Shown piece by piece: positions 10,393 through 19,764 of a DNA stretch of 52,855 nucleotides (positions within the stretch are counted from its first letter, which is position 1; each line of letters begins with the position of its first letter). The notes below the pieces were generated by a model. It had not been told where the DNA came from. It worked only from the letters and a program-made list of their open reading frames with translations, and made no database searches. A program made the translations under genes and the position numbers. The stretch is from contig CAZIZK010000001.1 in the NCBI GenBank assembly GCA_964544225.1, positions 1 to 52,855 of the forward strand, written 5' to 3'. The stretch is from an uncultured Candidatus Saccharibacteria bacterium. GTDB lineage: Bacteria; Patescibacteriota; Minisyncoccia; Phycocordibacterales; UBA9973.

Positions 10393-11142
10393 TTATTGCA
10401 GTGCGTCACCGTGGTGAGTGCTCCAAGCGTATAATGCGATAGATGTGGACACGGCTGCATTCATGCTCTCGCACTGTGGGTGCATAGGGATACGAAGCAT
10501 TACGTCACATATTTCCCTAGTCTTTTCCCGTATGCCACGGGCTTCATTGCCTATTATGATAACTGTTGGGGCTTCAAACTTTTCATCATTGAGCAACTGT
10601 TTTGATTCACCATCGAGTCCATATACCCAAAAGCCTTTATCCTTCAAATCACGGATAACATTGTTTATATTGCCTATCTGTACTAGTGGTACGCGGAACG
10701 CCATGCCGGCAGACACCTTTACCACAGCACCTGTAATAGGGGCCTGATTATGCTCGGGGATCAATACGCCAGCTATACCCATAGCAGCAGCCGAGCGGAT
10801 AACCGAGCCCACATTCTGAGGGTCTTGTAGTTCACCAAGTATTACTAGGCATGTGTCTGGAGTAACGTTTAAACCTTTTATAAATGACTCATAAGGGCGA
10901 ACCAACTTGTCGAGCGACAATAGGCCTATGATCCCCTGGTGGTTCGAATTCTTGTCCACATCCCCTGCGCTCTCGCCCGAGCCAAACTTGCCAACAGGGA
11001 TACCTGCCTTGTCGATCAATTTCATTAATTCCTTGTCATCCTCGCGAGCGAGGAATATCTTCTTCAATGCCTGAGGCGAATTGCGCAATGCCTCCATGAG
11101 GGCATGCTTGCCATATATATATACTTTTTCTGTCTTTGCCAT
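10393..11142 (-). CDS. rlmB: TrmH/SpoU 23S rRNA 2'-O-methyltransferase (RlmB-like)
   Basis: IYGKHALMEAL, HQGI, QDPQNVGSVIRSA, GNEARG and ESMNAAVS. Start MAKTEK at 11142. Confidence 0.85.
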   Translation of the reverse strand: MAKTEKVYIYGKHALMEALRNSPQALKKIFLAREDDKELMKLIDKAGIPVGKFGSGESAGDVDKNSNHQGIIGLLSLDKLVRPYESFIKGLNVTPDTCLVILGELQDPQNVGSVIRSAAAMGIAGVLIPEHNQAPITGAVVKVSAGMAFRVPLVQIGNINNVIRDLKDKGFWVYGLDGESKQLLNDEKFEAPTVIIIGNEARGIREKTREICDVMLRIPMHPQCESMNAAVSTSIALYAWSTHHGDALQ

Positions 11143-11220
11143 ATAGATAGAATATATCACAAAAAAGGATTTCTTGCTTATTTGCCAATTACCCAATAGG
11201 CAAGACCTATTGGGTAATTT

Positions 11221-12693
11221 TTATTTATCCAATTCTAGAGTTTCGTCGATGCGGATCTGGTGTACGAATTCCGGCACGTGCGATACGAGTATCATAGCCC
11301 CTTGGTACATATCCAGAGCTTTGGCTATAACTGGTAGGTGGCGGAAATTGATATGGTTCGTAGGCTCATCGAGTATCAATAGGCCTGGCGATTGTATAAC
11401 AAGGCTCGCAAAGGCTACCAACCCCTTCTGCCCTTCGGAAAGGCTACCGATCTTTGTGCGGACCATGTCGCCAGTGATCAGGAATGTGGCTGCAGTGGCA
11501 CGGATCTTCTCCTCATCTATTCTACCTGTCACTTCATTTGCAACTTTTGCAAGTGCCTCATATACAGTGTCGTTGAAGTTAAGGGTGGAGAAATCTTGCC
11601 TATAATACCCTACTCGGACACCTTCCTTTATTACTGCGCCTTCTGCCTCACCTTTGGCAAGTGATTCCAATAGTGTGCTCTTGCCAATACCATTTGGGCC
11701 AGCTAGTAACAAATGTTTATTCTTACGGAGTTTGATATTTACTTTTATATTCTTTGGCTTGCCGTTCTTCAATATACTTACTGATTCAAGCGTTAATATG
11801 TCACCAATGATGCCATCCTGGTACGGGATAGTGAAGTTGCGGATAGTCTTGTCCTCTTTTCTTACATCTACCTTCTCCTCCTCCATCTCTTCGGCAAGTT
11901 CACGCATGCGTTTTGCCACAGCACGCAAGTTACCACCCTTCATGGCAAAGGCATTGGCTTGGTCCTTCTTTGCTTGAATTTCTTTTGACAATAATGCGTT
12001 CTTCCTATTCTCGCGCTCCATGCGGGCCGCTATCTGGTCGCGCACATCGGTATAGTTACCGACATACTGCTCGATCTTTCTGGTATATACATCTAGGTAC
12101 AACACCGCGTCGGTAAATGCATTTAGGAATGTTGCATCGTGGGAAATTACGATAACAGTCTTCTTGTATTTCACTAGAAAGTCTGTCAGGTGTGCAATAC
12201 CTGCTTTGTCTAGGTTGTTTGTCGGCTCGTCGAGTAGCAATATGTCGGGCTCTTGGATAAGTGCAGATGCGAGCAATAGGCGTGCTTGTTGCCCACCAGA
12301 GAAAGTCTTTATTATTCTGTCATGCACCTTTTCGTGCCCCTTCAAATTCACCACCTCCAATACTTCATCGATACGTGGGTCGATATCGTAAACTTTGTCT
12401 TTGAAACATTTTAGGAAGAAGTCACGGACGGAGAGCTCGAGTTCGTCGCGAGGGATTACCTGGCGTGATAGTGCAATAGTTGCCCTCTGAGCTAGGTGGA
12501 TCTGCCCATCTTCAGGTTCGTTTGCCCCTGTAATAAGTGAAAATAAGGTACTCTTACCAGCACCGTTCTGCCCCATGATAGTTACCTTCATACCGCGACG
12601 TATAGAAAAATCCACACTATCTAGTATGGGTTTATTGTGACCGTATTCAAATGAAAGCTTCTCGAACCTTATAACTACTTCTCCGTGTGCCAT
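11221..12693 (-). CDS. ABC-F family ATP-binding protein
   Basis: Two ABC domains (GQNGAGKS/FSGGQ/LLLDEPTNNLD and GPNGIGKS/LSEGQ/LILDEPTNH) with a linker and no TM segments. Confidence 0.92.
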   Translation of the reverse strand: MAHGEVVIRFEKLSFEYGHNKPILDSVDFSIRRGMKVTIMGQNGAGKSTLFSLITGANEPEDGQIHLAQRATIALSRQVIPRDELELSVRDFFLKCFKDKVYDIDPRIDEVLEVVNLKGHEKVHDRIIKTFSGGQQARLLLASALIQEPDILLLDEPTNNLDKAGIAHLTDFLVKYKKTVIVISHDATFLNAFTDAVLYLDVYTRKIEQYVGNYTDVRDQIAARMERENRKNALLSKEIQAKKDQANAFAMKGGNLRAVAKRMRELAEEMEEEKVDVRKEDKTIRNFTIPYQDGIIGDILTLESVSILKNGKPKNIKVNIKLRKNKHLLLAGPNGIGKSTLLESLAKGEAEGAVIKEGVRVGYYRQDFSTLNFNDTVYEALAKVANEVTGRIDEEKIRATAATFLITGDMVRTKIGSLSEGQKGLVAFASLVIQSPGLLILDEPTNHINFRHLPVIAKALDMYQGAMILVSHVPEFVHQIRIDETLELDK

Positions 12694-12806
12694 ATGTGCT
12701 ACTTTACACTATTTTCGCCTAAATGCCTATTAAATAATTAGTATATTATAGATATGTGTAGTATACTCCGTGGGTCGTTTAGTAAATCTAACCCCAATAT
12801 ATCTAT

Positions 12807-12932
12807 ATGTCAGAAGAAGAAACAAAGATAGAAGGAGCGGAAGAAGTAGTAGTAACTGAAGAAACAGCAGCCCCAGAGGAAGTTGTGTCTGAGGAGACTC
12901 CAGCTGAATCTACAGAAGAAGCGGCTGCATAA
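12807..12932 (+). CDS. unannotated 41-aa acidic small protein
   Basis: MSEEETKIEGAEEVVVTEETAAPEEVVSEETPAESTEEAAA*. It fills an intergenic gap and is followed directly by a terminator. It is below the ORF-track size cutoff. Confidence 0.7.
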   Translation: MSEEETKIEGAEEVVVTEETAAPEEVVSEETPAESTEEAAA

Positions 12933-12945
12933 GCCACTTTCTCAC

Positions 12946-12986
12946 AAAAAATCCATACAGAGACTCAGTCTCTGTATGGATTTTTT
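12946..12986. terminator. bidirectional intrinsic terminator, 20-bp perfect arms, 1-nt loop
   Basis: AAAAAATCCATACAGAGACT-C-AGTCTCTGTATGGATTTTTT between convergent genes. Confidence 0.85.
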
Positions 12987-12987
12987 A

Positions 12988-13740
12988 TTACATTATGAAA
13001 TTCTTTAAATCTTCAAAAGAGTTAATTTCCCCATCGGCACTGGTTACCACCGAGTCACGTTTGGCATATTCTGTATAAGCGATGAAAGTCTGGGCTACAC
13101 CCATGTCGCGGATCTCCAGATCTGTAGACCCATCACCCACTACAATACTTGGACCCACAAGATTAAGATTCTTCATAGTATTAGCCTTGCCATATGGCTT
13201 GGTTGTTAGGCGTGATTCATCTACCCCTTTTATACGCCCTTCTTCATCGTATATAAAACGATTCGCATATACATGACCCGGGTCAATGCCAAGCTTGTTC
13301 GTAGCAGGGATTATTACCTCTTCGAATCCACCAGACACTACATACACATGTTCCTTGTGACTGACAAAGAATTCTTTGTTGTCGATAAATGATTTAGATA
13401 GTTTCCCCTCTATATCCTTTGCCACCTGGTCCACATGTTCCTTTGTAGCGCCAGCCTTGATCAGCATTTGTATACGCAATGATAAAGATTGGTCAAAAGG
13501 GATCTTCTCACTCAGGCTCATACCCTTGTTAGTTATGGACTCGAAATCGGCCAATAGTTCTGCCTTATTCGGATTATCCTTTATCACCGAATTGTATAGA
13601 AAATCGAGCGACTCAACAGATGCCACAGTACTGTCGAAATCAAATATAATGTTGTTATATTTCAAATCTTTCTTCTCTATCTTACCCTCCTTCCCATCAC
13701 CGTGTATTTCGTTATTATTTGGTATAAATTTCTCTGGCAT
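12988..13740 (-). CDS. HAD-IB phosphatase (phosphoserine phosphatase-like)
   Basis: IFDFDST, VVSGGF, K and VGDGSTD HAD motifs I-IV. Confidence 0.85.
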   Translation of the reverse strand: MPEKFIPNNNEIHGDGKEGKIEKKDLKYNNIIFDFDSTVASVESLDFLYNSVIKDNPNKAELLADFESITNKGMSLSEKIPFDQSLSLRIQMLIKAGATKEHVDQVAKDIEGKLSKSFIDNKEFFVSHKEHVYVVSGGFEEVIIPATNKLGIDPGHVYANRFIYDEEGRIKGVDESRLTTKPYGKANTMKNLNLVGPSIVVGDGSTDLEIRDMGVAQTFIAYTEYAKRDSVVTSADGEINSFEDLKNFIM

Positions 13741-13747
13741 TGGGGTA

Positions 13748-14281
13748 TTATAACACTTCTTTTACCCTATATCCTGTATACCTATTATCACCAGATACTT
13801 CGGTTATTTTATAAGGGAATTCACTAATATTAAATTTATTTCTCTCTTCTTCTGTTTTTGCATCCACTTCGAGTAATTGAAGTTGACTATCTACAAAATC
13901 ATCATATTTCATATCAAACTCTGTACCCCCTTGTTTGTATTTAAATTCATAACGCTTCTTTTTTATATTTACAGTCGCGCCAGTCAGCATATTTTGATAT
14001 TCCTCCATTGTAATTTTTTCTTTATTTGTCTTCCTCTTTCCATCAGCTATAACCTTTGAAACCAATATGGTCTGAACTTCACCACTATCATCTAACTTTT
14101 TGTAAACCAATTTCTTTTCCAAGTCATCGTCTGTGACAAGGAAGCTTACATCCAAATCAAAAGACACAGCATTATTTGCTTTCAAGAATTCCATATCAAC
14201 CCCCTCTAAAGTAAACTTTCGGGCATTATCATCCACCCCTTCCTTCCCCTCTTTTATTCCTGGTGTATATTTCTCTGGCAT
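13748..14281 (-). CDS. CYTH-like domain protein
   Basis: KKRYEF...MKYDDF...LLEVD...EVSGDNRY resembles the CYTH/TTM pattern. Confidence 0.6.
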   Translation of the reverse strand: MPEKYTPGIKEGKEGVDDNARKFTLEGVDMEFLKANNAVSFDLDVSFLVTDDDLEKKLVYKKLDDSGEVQTILVSKVIADGKRKTNKEKITMEEYQNMLTGATVNIKKKRYEFKYKQGGTEFDMKYDDFVDSQLQLLEVDAKTEEERNKFNISEFPYKITEVSGDNRYTGYRVKEVL

Positions 14282-14282
14282 A

Positions 14283-14753
14283 TTATTTTAAATTAATTTC
14301 CACTTTATAATCTGGAGGATTTTTAGTTTTGTCATATTGATTTACCCAAACTTTTTTAGGAATCAATTTATAGAATCTTTGTGTATTTGGTGACATAAAA
14401 TTTTCTATTGGTTTTGGATTTTTACCACTCTTTGTATAAAAAACATTCATGGCATGTTCTAACTCACTTATATCATTCAACTCCTTTGCAATACAATCCA
14501 TATACACACCAAATCCTGCACCCACAGGCACACTAGTGTCGTACACAACAACGGCAACCTTGCCATTACTTACAATATTCTGAGAATGCGCAGATACACT
14601 AGATGAATTCCAAAAGAAATTGTATTCATCGTCATGCACACCATAAACGGGTGAATTATTTGGCTCCCCCTCTTGCGAAACAGTCGCAAGGGTTAAATAA
14701 GGCACCCTTTCCAATAATTCTTTTGCTTTGTTTATTATATCCTGTTCCATCAT
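14283..14753 (-). CDS. pyridoxamine 5'-phosphate oxidase-family FMN-binding split-barrel protein
   Basis: LTLATVSQEGEPNNSPV, S.HSQNI..NGKVAVVV. True start is probably the second Met (14750). Confidence 0.8.
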   Translation of the reverse strand: MMEQDIINKAKELLERVPYLTLATVSQEGEPNNSPVYGVHDDEYNFFWNSSSVSAHSQNIVSNGKVAVVVYDTSVPVGAGFGVYMDCIAKELNDISELEHAMNVFYTKSGKNPKPIENFMSPNTQRFYKLIPKKVWVNQYDKTKNPPDYKVEINLK

Positions 14754-14794
14754 TGTATTTTAGCATTTTTATGGTAATATAATAAGCGTTATAT

Positions 14795-14865
14795 TGGGAG
14801 ATCGTCTAATGGTAGGACAACCGGTTCTGGTCCGGTTAATTGGGGTTCGAGTCCCTATCTCCCAG
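14795..14865 (+). tRNA. tRNA-Gln(CTG)
   Basis: TGGGAGA/TCTCCCA acceptor stem, ACCGG-TTCTGGT-CCGGT anticodon arm, GGTTCGAGTCC T-arm. CCA is not encoded. Confidence 0.95.
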
Positions 14866-15108
14866 CAAATAAGCCCTGCTTATTTGCTGTAGAGAAGCAA
14901 ACAAAATTTGCTTGCGTTAGGGACGAGAAGACCTTGAGTATATCGCACGGAGCCTTGGCGAGTACGATACGAAAGGCTGAAATGTGAATACTTGGAGCAT
15001 TTCAGAGACGGAGGCTGTCGAGCCGAGTCGGGGTAGCAGAATTTTTCAGTAGAAAAATATCGGTGACTACTGATCCTGTAAGGATCGAGAAGTGTACTCA
15101 CGGTCCCC
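14865..15108. other. structured non-coding element downstream of tRNA-Gln
   Basis: Multiple hairpins plus a long-range helix, 14930-14943 with 15092-15105. Confidence 0.55.
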
Positions 15109-15187
15109 AGAAATTTATGCCTGACCGAGTACCTCAGACAACTTGAATTCAGTTAATTAAACATGATATATCCCACTATGGAGATAA

Positions 15188-15219
15188 ATAAAAAAACTAC
15201 CAATTGGTAGTTTTTTTAT
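15188..15219. terminator. perfect 32-bp palindrome / terminator
   Basis: ATAAAAAAACTACCAATTGGTAGTTTTTTTAT downstream of the DUF378 gene. Confidence 0.8.
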
Positions 15220-15254
15220 GATCTGGATAAAAACAATTATCCTAGATAAAGGAA

Positions 15255-15461
15255 TTATTTCTTAGCGAAATTTCCAAGTTGTGTTAGAAGGTATATAGCT
15301 GACAGACCAACTAATGTGTAAACGATTTTTGATATAGAAGACATATCACCAAAGATCGCAGAAACCAAGTTGAAATTCAATACCCCAACCAATCCCCAAT
15401 TCAATCCACCTACGATAACAAGAACCAATGACAATAAATCCAATGTCTTAAGTTTATTCAT
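15255..15461 (-). CDS. DUF378 family small membrane protein
   Basis: LVIVGGLNWGLVG..FNLV.AIFG...IVYTLVGLSAIY signature. Confidence 0.9.
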   Translation of the reverse strand: MNKLKTLDLLSLVLVIVGGLNWGLVGVLNFNLVSAIFGDMSSISKIVYTLVGLSAIYLLTQLGNFAKK

Positions 15462-15594
15462 ATTTTTAAATAATTAATACTATTAATTCGACACATTAAT
15501 TGATATACCTCCATTATAACATGTATAAAATAAAAAAATACAATTGATCACGAACCCATTTTGAATTTACCCCCTTTTCCTGTAAAATGTACCT

Positions 15595-16320
15595 ATGAGT
15601 AAAGACAACAATAAAGAAGTAAGGCATTTAACAGTCGACGAGATCCGTGATGGATGTATCACCCTTTATGGCGAGAACGACGAGGAATCAAAGGTCTGCA
15701 TGATCCAAGAGGAATTTCGCCAAGGTATCAATATTATCAAAAGCTATGACAAGTCTGTAACATTCTACGGGTCTGCCCAGCTAAAGGAGGATCACGAAGC
15801 TTATAAGAAAGCTCAAAATATTGCATACCGTATAGCAAAGGAATTGAACTTTGCAGTACTTTCAGGTGGTGGTGGCGGTATCATGGAGGCAGCCAACCGT
15901 GGCGCATACGATGCTGGTGGTAAGTCAGTAGGCCTAACTATAAAGCTACCTCATGAACAAATAACTAACAAATACGTGAACGAAGTCGTACCTTTCTACT
16001 TCTTCTTTGCACGCAAGGTATCTATGAGCTACACTACCGATGCCTGCCTGTTCTTCCCTGGTGGATTTGGCACACTCGACGAATTGTTCGAGATGCTAAC
16101 ACTACGCCAAACAAAGAAGATCGGTGAAGTGCCTATCATCCTGGTTGGTACCGAGTTCTGGAAGCCTTTTGAAAAGATATTCCAAGAAAGGCTGGTAGAT
16201 ATATACCAAACAGTCGCCCAAGACGATCTGAAGCTATACACTATTACCGATGATGAAGATGAAATAATAAAGATAGTAGCAAGTAGCCCACACCGCACAG
16301 GCCAAGATTCACTAAGATAA
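15595..16320 (+). CDS. LOG / lysine-decarboxylase-like Rossmann-fold nucleotide phosphoribohydrolase (TIGR00730-type)
   Basis: VTFYGSA, SGGGGGIMEAANRGA, FFARK and PGGFGTLDELFE. Confidence 0.9.
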   Translation: MSKDNNKEVRHLTVDEIRDGCITLYGENDEESKVCMIQEEFRQGINIIKSYDKSVTFYGSAQLKEDHEAYKKAQNIAYRIAKELNFAVLSGGGGGIMEAANRGAYDAGGKSVGLTIKLPHEQITNKYVNEVVPFYFFFARKVSMSYTTDACLFFPGGFGTLDELFEMLTLRQTKKIGEVPIILVGTEFWKPFEKIFQERLVDIYQTVAQDDLKLYTITDDEDEIIKIVASSPHRTGQDSLR

Positions 16321-16324
16321 TAAA

Positions 16325-16356
16325 TAAAAAACCGACATAACAATGTCGGTTTTTTA
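16325..16356. terminator. bidirectional terminator
   Basis: TAAAAAACCGACAT-AACA-ATGTCGGTTTTTTA between convergent LOG and pyrG. Confidence 0.85.
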
Positions 16357-18039
16357 TTTATTTTTATTTATACAAGCCTTTATAAACGCAGTAAACAATT
16401 TGTGTGGGGCAAGAGGTCTGGCCAGGAATTCCGGGTGGAACTGTGTCGCTAGGTAGAACGGGTGCACACTTTGTGGTAACTCGGCTATCTCCATCAGTTT
16501 GCCATCTGGTGACCGCCCAGAGAATACGAGCCCTTTGGCCTCAAGATCCTCTACATAAGCATTGTTCACCTCGTAGCGATGACGGTGGCGCTCTATAACC
16601 TCATTTGACCCATAAGCCTTATTTGCCACACTACCCTTCTTTAGAACGGCCTTGTATGCACCTAGGCGCATACTACCACCGAGTTTATTAGTGGAAATAT
16701 TCTCCTTCTGGGACTCCATAATGTCGATCACAATATTTGCAGATTTGGAAGTTACCTCGCGAGTAGTTGCATCCTTGAGCCCCAACACATTGCGAGCATA
16801 CTCGATAACCATTAGCTGCATTCCATAGCAAAGTCCAAAGTAAGGTATCTTGTGTGTACGTGCGTATGATATGGCCGATATAATACCCTCGATACCGCGT
16901 GAGCCGAAGCCCCCTGGCACCAATATGCCATCATATTTGGAAAGTTCTTTTAACTTCTTTGGATCCTTTTCAAAATCTACTGAATTGATCCATGTTAGTA
17001 CGGGCTTCCTCTTGTTGTAATATGCAGAATATTTTACAGCTTCAATAACTGACAAATACGAGTCAGCCAATACGAAGTCACCAGTATTGAAATATTTACC
17101 TATCACAGCTATACGAACCTCTTCTTTTGAAGTGTGTACTGCGCGGGCGAAAGTCTTCCATTTATTTGCCCTCTCGGTATTGATAGCGTCACACTTCATA
17201 CCCACTACATCACAGATCAAGTTACTCAAGCCCTCCTTTTCAAAATTCATAGGGATATCATAAATACTGTTTACATCTGGTGCAGAGATTATCCTCTCGG
17301 TTGGTACGTTGCAGAATAGGGACAACTTCTCCTTTCTCTTATCATCGAGGGCTACCAAACTACGCGCGATAATCACATCGGGTTGGATACCAGAAGAGTT
17401 CAGTGTGCGTACTGCGTGCTGAGTCGGCTTTGTCTTCATCTCGCCCACCTTTGAAGGTATCGGTAAGTATGACACCATCACGAAGAACACATCCTTTGGG
17501 TGCTGGATCTTTAACATACGAGCGGCTTCTAGGAATAAGATATTTTCATATTCACCAACTGTGCCACCTATCTCGATAACCACTACATCGGCCCCGGCAT
17601 TGTCGCGGGCCTCTTCTATTCTGCGGATAACTTCTAGCGGTATATGTGGCACCACTTGGACACATTTACCACCATACTTCATATTGCGTTCGTTCTCGAT
17701 AACACTCTGGTATACACGGCCTGTGGTCATGTAGTTCGTACGAGTAAGCTCAATTCCCAAGAATCGCTCATAGTTACCCATGTCCTGATCACATTCATCA
17801 CCGTCAGATAATACAAAGACTTCGCCATGCTCGGTCGGGTTCATGGTGCCTGCGTCAATATTGATATATGGGTCTACCTTTATAGCAGTGACTACTTGGC
17901 CCCTGTCTTGCAAGATCTTTGCGATAGATGATGCAGCTACACCCTTACCCACACCCGAGATAACTCCACCGACGACGAAAATATATTTACAATTTGAATT
18001 TACCTTCTCTTTCTTTTTCGGAATATTCTGTTTCTTCAT
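16354..18039 (-). CDS. pyrG: CTP synthase
   Basis: GGVISGVGKG, DPYINIDAGTMNPTEHGEV, KTKPTQH, GLCYGMQ, RHRHRYE and QFHPEF. Confidence 0.98.
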   Translation of the reverse strand: MKKQNIPKKKEKVNSNCKYIFVVGGVISGVGKGVAASSIAKILQDRGQVVTAIKVDPYINIDAGTMNPTEHGEVFVLSDGDECDQDMGNYERFLGIELTRTNYMTTGRVYQSVIENERNMKYGGKCVQVVPHIPLEVIRRIEEARDNAGADVVVIEIGGTVGEYENILFLEAARMLKIQHPKDVFFVMVSYLPIPSKVGEMKTKPTQHAVRTLNSSGIQPDVIIARSLVALDDKRKEKLSLFCNVPTERIISAPDVNSIYDIPMNFEKEGLSNLICDVVGMKCDAINTERANKWKTFARAVHTSKEEVRIAVIGKYFNTGDFVLADSYLSVIEAVKYSAYYNKRKPVLTWINSVDFEKDPKKLKELSKYDGILVPGGFGSRGIEGIISAISYARTHKIPYFGLCYGMQLMVIEYARNVLGLKDATTREVTSKSANIVIDIMESQKENISTNKLGGSMRLGAYKAVLKKGSVANKAYGSNEVIERHRHRYEVNNAYVEDLEAKGLVFSGRSPDGKLMEIAELPQSVHPFYLATQFHPEFLARPLAPHKLFTAFIKACINKNK

Positions 18040-18041
18040 TG

Positions 18042-18965
18042 TTAGCGACGTAGGTATTTATGAATAGCAAAGAAACTAGATATTGTTCCAAGTGTTACCC
18101 CAACAAATAATATAATAAAGAATAATTGGAAGAAGTTGCTTGCATAGTAACTAAGCAGGTTGATACCTAGGAAATCTGTCATCTGACTACCGAGCCAGAT
18201 AGATATAGGCCAGAACAATATGATAGTAATTATAGATGAGAATAGTCCTACTAATACCCCAGACACGATAAACGGTCCACGGATATACCTATTGGCTGCA
18301 CCAACTAGGCGCATAACCGATATCTCTTCACGAGACATGTATATGATGAGCTTAATAGTATTGAAAGTAATAGCAAATGATACAAGAATAAATATAAGTG
18401 TTATGGCAAATCCTAAACGGTGTGCACCATTGAGTATGGCACTGAGCCTGTCTATTACAACTTTGTTCTGGTGGTAGTCTATCTTGTCTATCACTGTCAT
18501 GGCCTCTTTAGACAATGCACTATTCTCCTCGAAATATTTCGAGATAGATTCGTATTGTGAAGGGTCTTTTGCTTTTATATTGAGTGATGATCCGAGAGGG
18601 TTCTCATTTATCAGGTCGATGGCTTGTAAAGTTAGGTAGTCGTTCGCATGACGTTCTTTGAAGTCGGCTAGGGCCTGATCCTGTGAAGTGTATTTAATAT
18701 CGGCAACTTCTGGCAACTTCTTTAATTCATTTTGCACAGAGAATACACTATCCTCGGCTGTACCTGGCAAGAAGTAGACTGTAACGTCGACTTTGTCGCG
18801 TACGTTTGCCAAAGATGTCTGCAATGTCGCCTGTAGGAATAATATGCCGGTTATAACTATCAGTGTAACAGTCATCATAAGGACCGATGTCAGAGATGTA
18901 AAACCACTACGCATGAAATTGCGATACCCGGAACGTATTACTCTTTTTACATCAATCCAAAACAT
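18042..18965 (-). CDS. ftsX: cell division permease FtsX
   Basis: 4-TM FtsX topology, FNTIKL.IY..REEISVMRLVGA..YIRGPF, adjacent to ftsE. Confidence 0.92.
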   Translation of the reverse strand: MFWIDVKRVIRSGYRNFMRSGFTSLTSVLMMTVTLIVITGILFLQATLQTSLANVRDKVDVTVYFLPGTAEDSVFSVQNELKKLPEVADIKYTSQDQALADFKERHANDYLTLQAIDLINENPLGSSLNIKAKDPSQYESISKYFEENSALSKEAMTVIDKIDYHQNKVVIDRLSAILNGAHRLGFAITLIFILVSFAITFNTIKLIIYMSREEISVMRLVGAANRYIRGPFIVSGVLVGLFSSIITIILFWPISIWLGSQMTDFLGINLLSYYASNFFQLFFIILFVGVTLGTISSFFAIHKYLRR

Positions 18966-18969
18966 AATA

Positions 18970-19653
18970 TTATTGTATCATATATTTACCTTTCTTTTCA
19001 TCACGCACGACCTTACCCTTCTCGAGCTCTATAACACGCTTGCCTAGGCTGTCGATAACGCTCTTGTTGTGTGTAGTTAGTATAACTGTTGTACCCAAGT
19101 CATTGATCTTCTTCAATATGTCGATAACCTCCTTTGTACTAACTGGGTCCAGATTGCCAGTAGGCTCGTCTGCAATGATAAGATCAGGATTATTGATGAT
19201 AGCGCGCGCAATAGCAAGGCGCTGCTTCTCCCCACCGGAAAGCTGGTGTGGAAAATGTAGCATCCTGTCTGCCAGGTCAACGAGTGACAATACATGGGGC
19301 ACATCTGAAGCTATCTCTTCATCTGTCTTGCCTGTAGCCTCCATAGCAAATGCAATATTTTCATAAGCATTCTTGTTTGGTAATAGGCGGAAGTCTTGGA
19401 AGACTGTGCCTATCTTTCGGCGTAGTTCTGTCAGCTGTTTTGGTGATAGTGTGTGTATATCTAGTGATTCGAAGAATACTTCACCTTCGGTTGGTTGTTC
19501 TTCAGCGAGTATTAATTTTGTGATAGTTGTTTTACCTGCACCAGAGTGTCCAATAATAGAAACAAACTCTCCTGGGGTGACAGTAATAGTAACACCTTCT
19601 AGTGAAAGTGTGTCATCCTCATACTTTTTGGTTACATTATTAAAATAGATCAT
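18970..19653 (-). CDS. ftsE: cell division ATP-binding protein FtsE
   Basis: [25 protein letters not shown] and ADEPTGNLD. Start MIYFNNV at 19653. Confidence 0.92.
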   Translation of the reverse strand: MIYFNNVTKKYEDDTLSLEGVTITVTPGEFVSIIGHSGAGKTTITKLILAEEQPTEGEVFFESLDIHTLSPKQLTELRRKIGTVFQDFRLLPNKNAYENIAFAMEATGKTDEEIASDVPHVLSLVDLADRMLHFPHQLSGGEKQRLAIARAIINNPDLIIADEPTGNLDPVSTKEVIDILKKINDLGTTVILTTHNKSVIDSLGKRVIELEKGKVVRDEKKGKYMIQ

Positions 19654-19696
19654 ATTCAACCTCTTAATAGTATCACAAATCCGACTTTGCTTCAAT

Positions 19697-19764
19697 CCCG
19701 TTAGAGAAAAGTCGCCCCAAGGTGACTGAAGCACTCACTTTTAGTGAGGGCGTTCTCTAACGGG
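19697..19764. mobile_element. 68-bp MITE/REP-like element with 12-bp terminal inverted repeats
   Basis: CCCGTTAGAGAA...TTCTCTAACGGG with internal hairpins, flanked by TTCAAT/ATCAAT direct repeats. It overlaps the prfB 3' end. Confidence 0.55.

Noticed and set aside
14880-15101. 73-aa - strand ORF
   Set aside because: It overlaps the structured element after tRNA-Gln, has no recognisable motif, and has no initiation signal.
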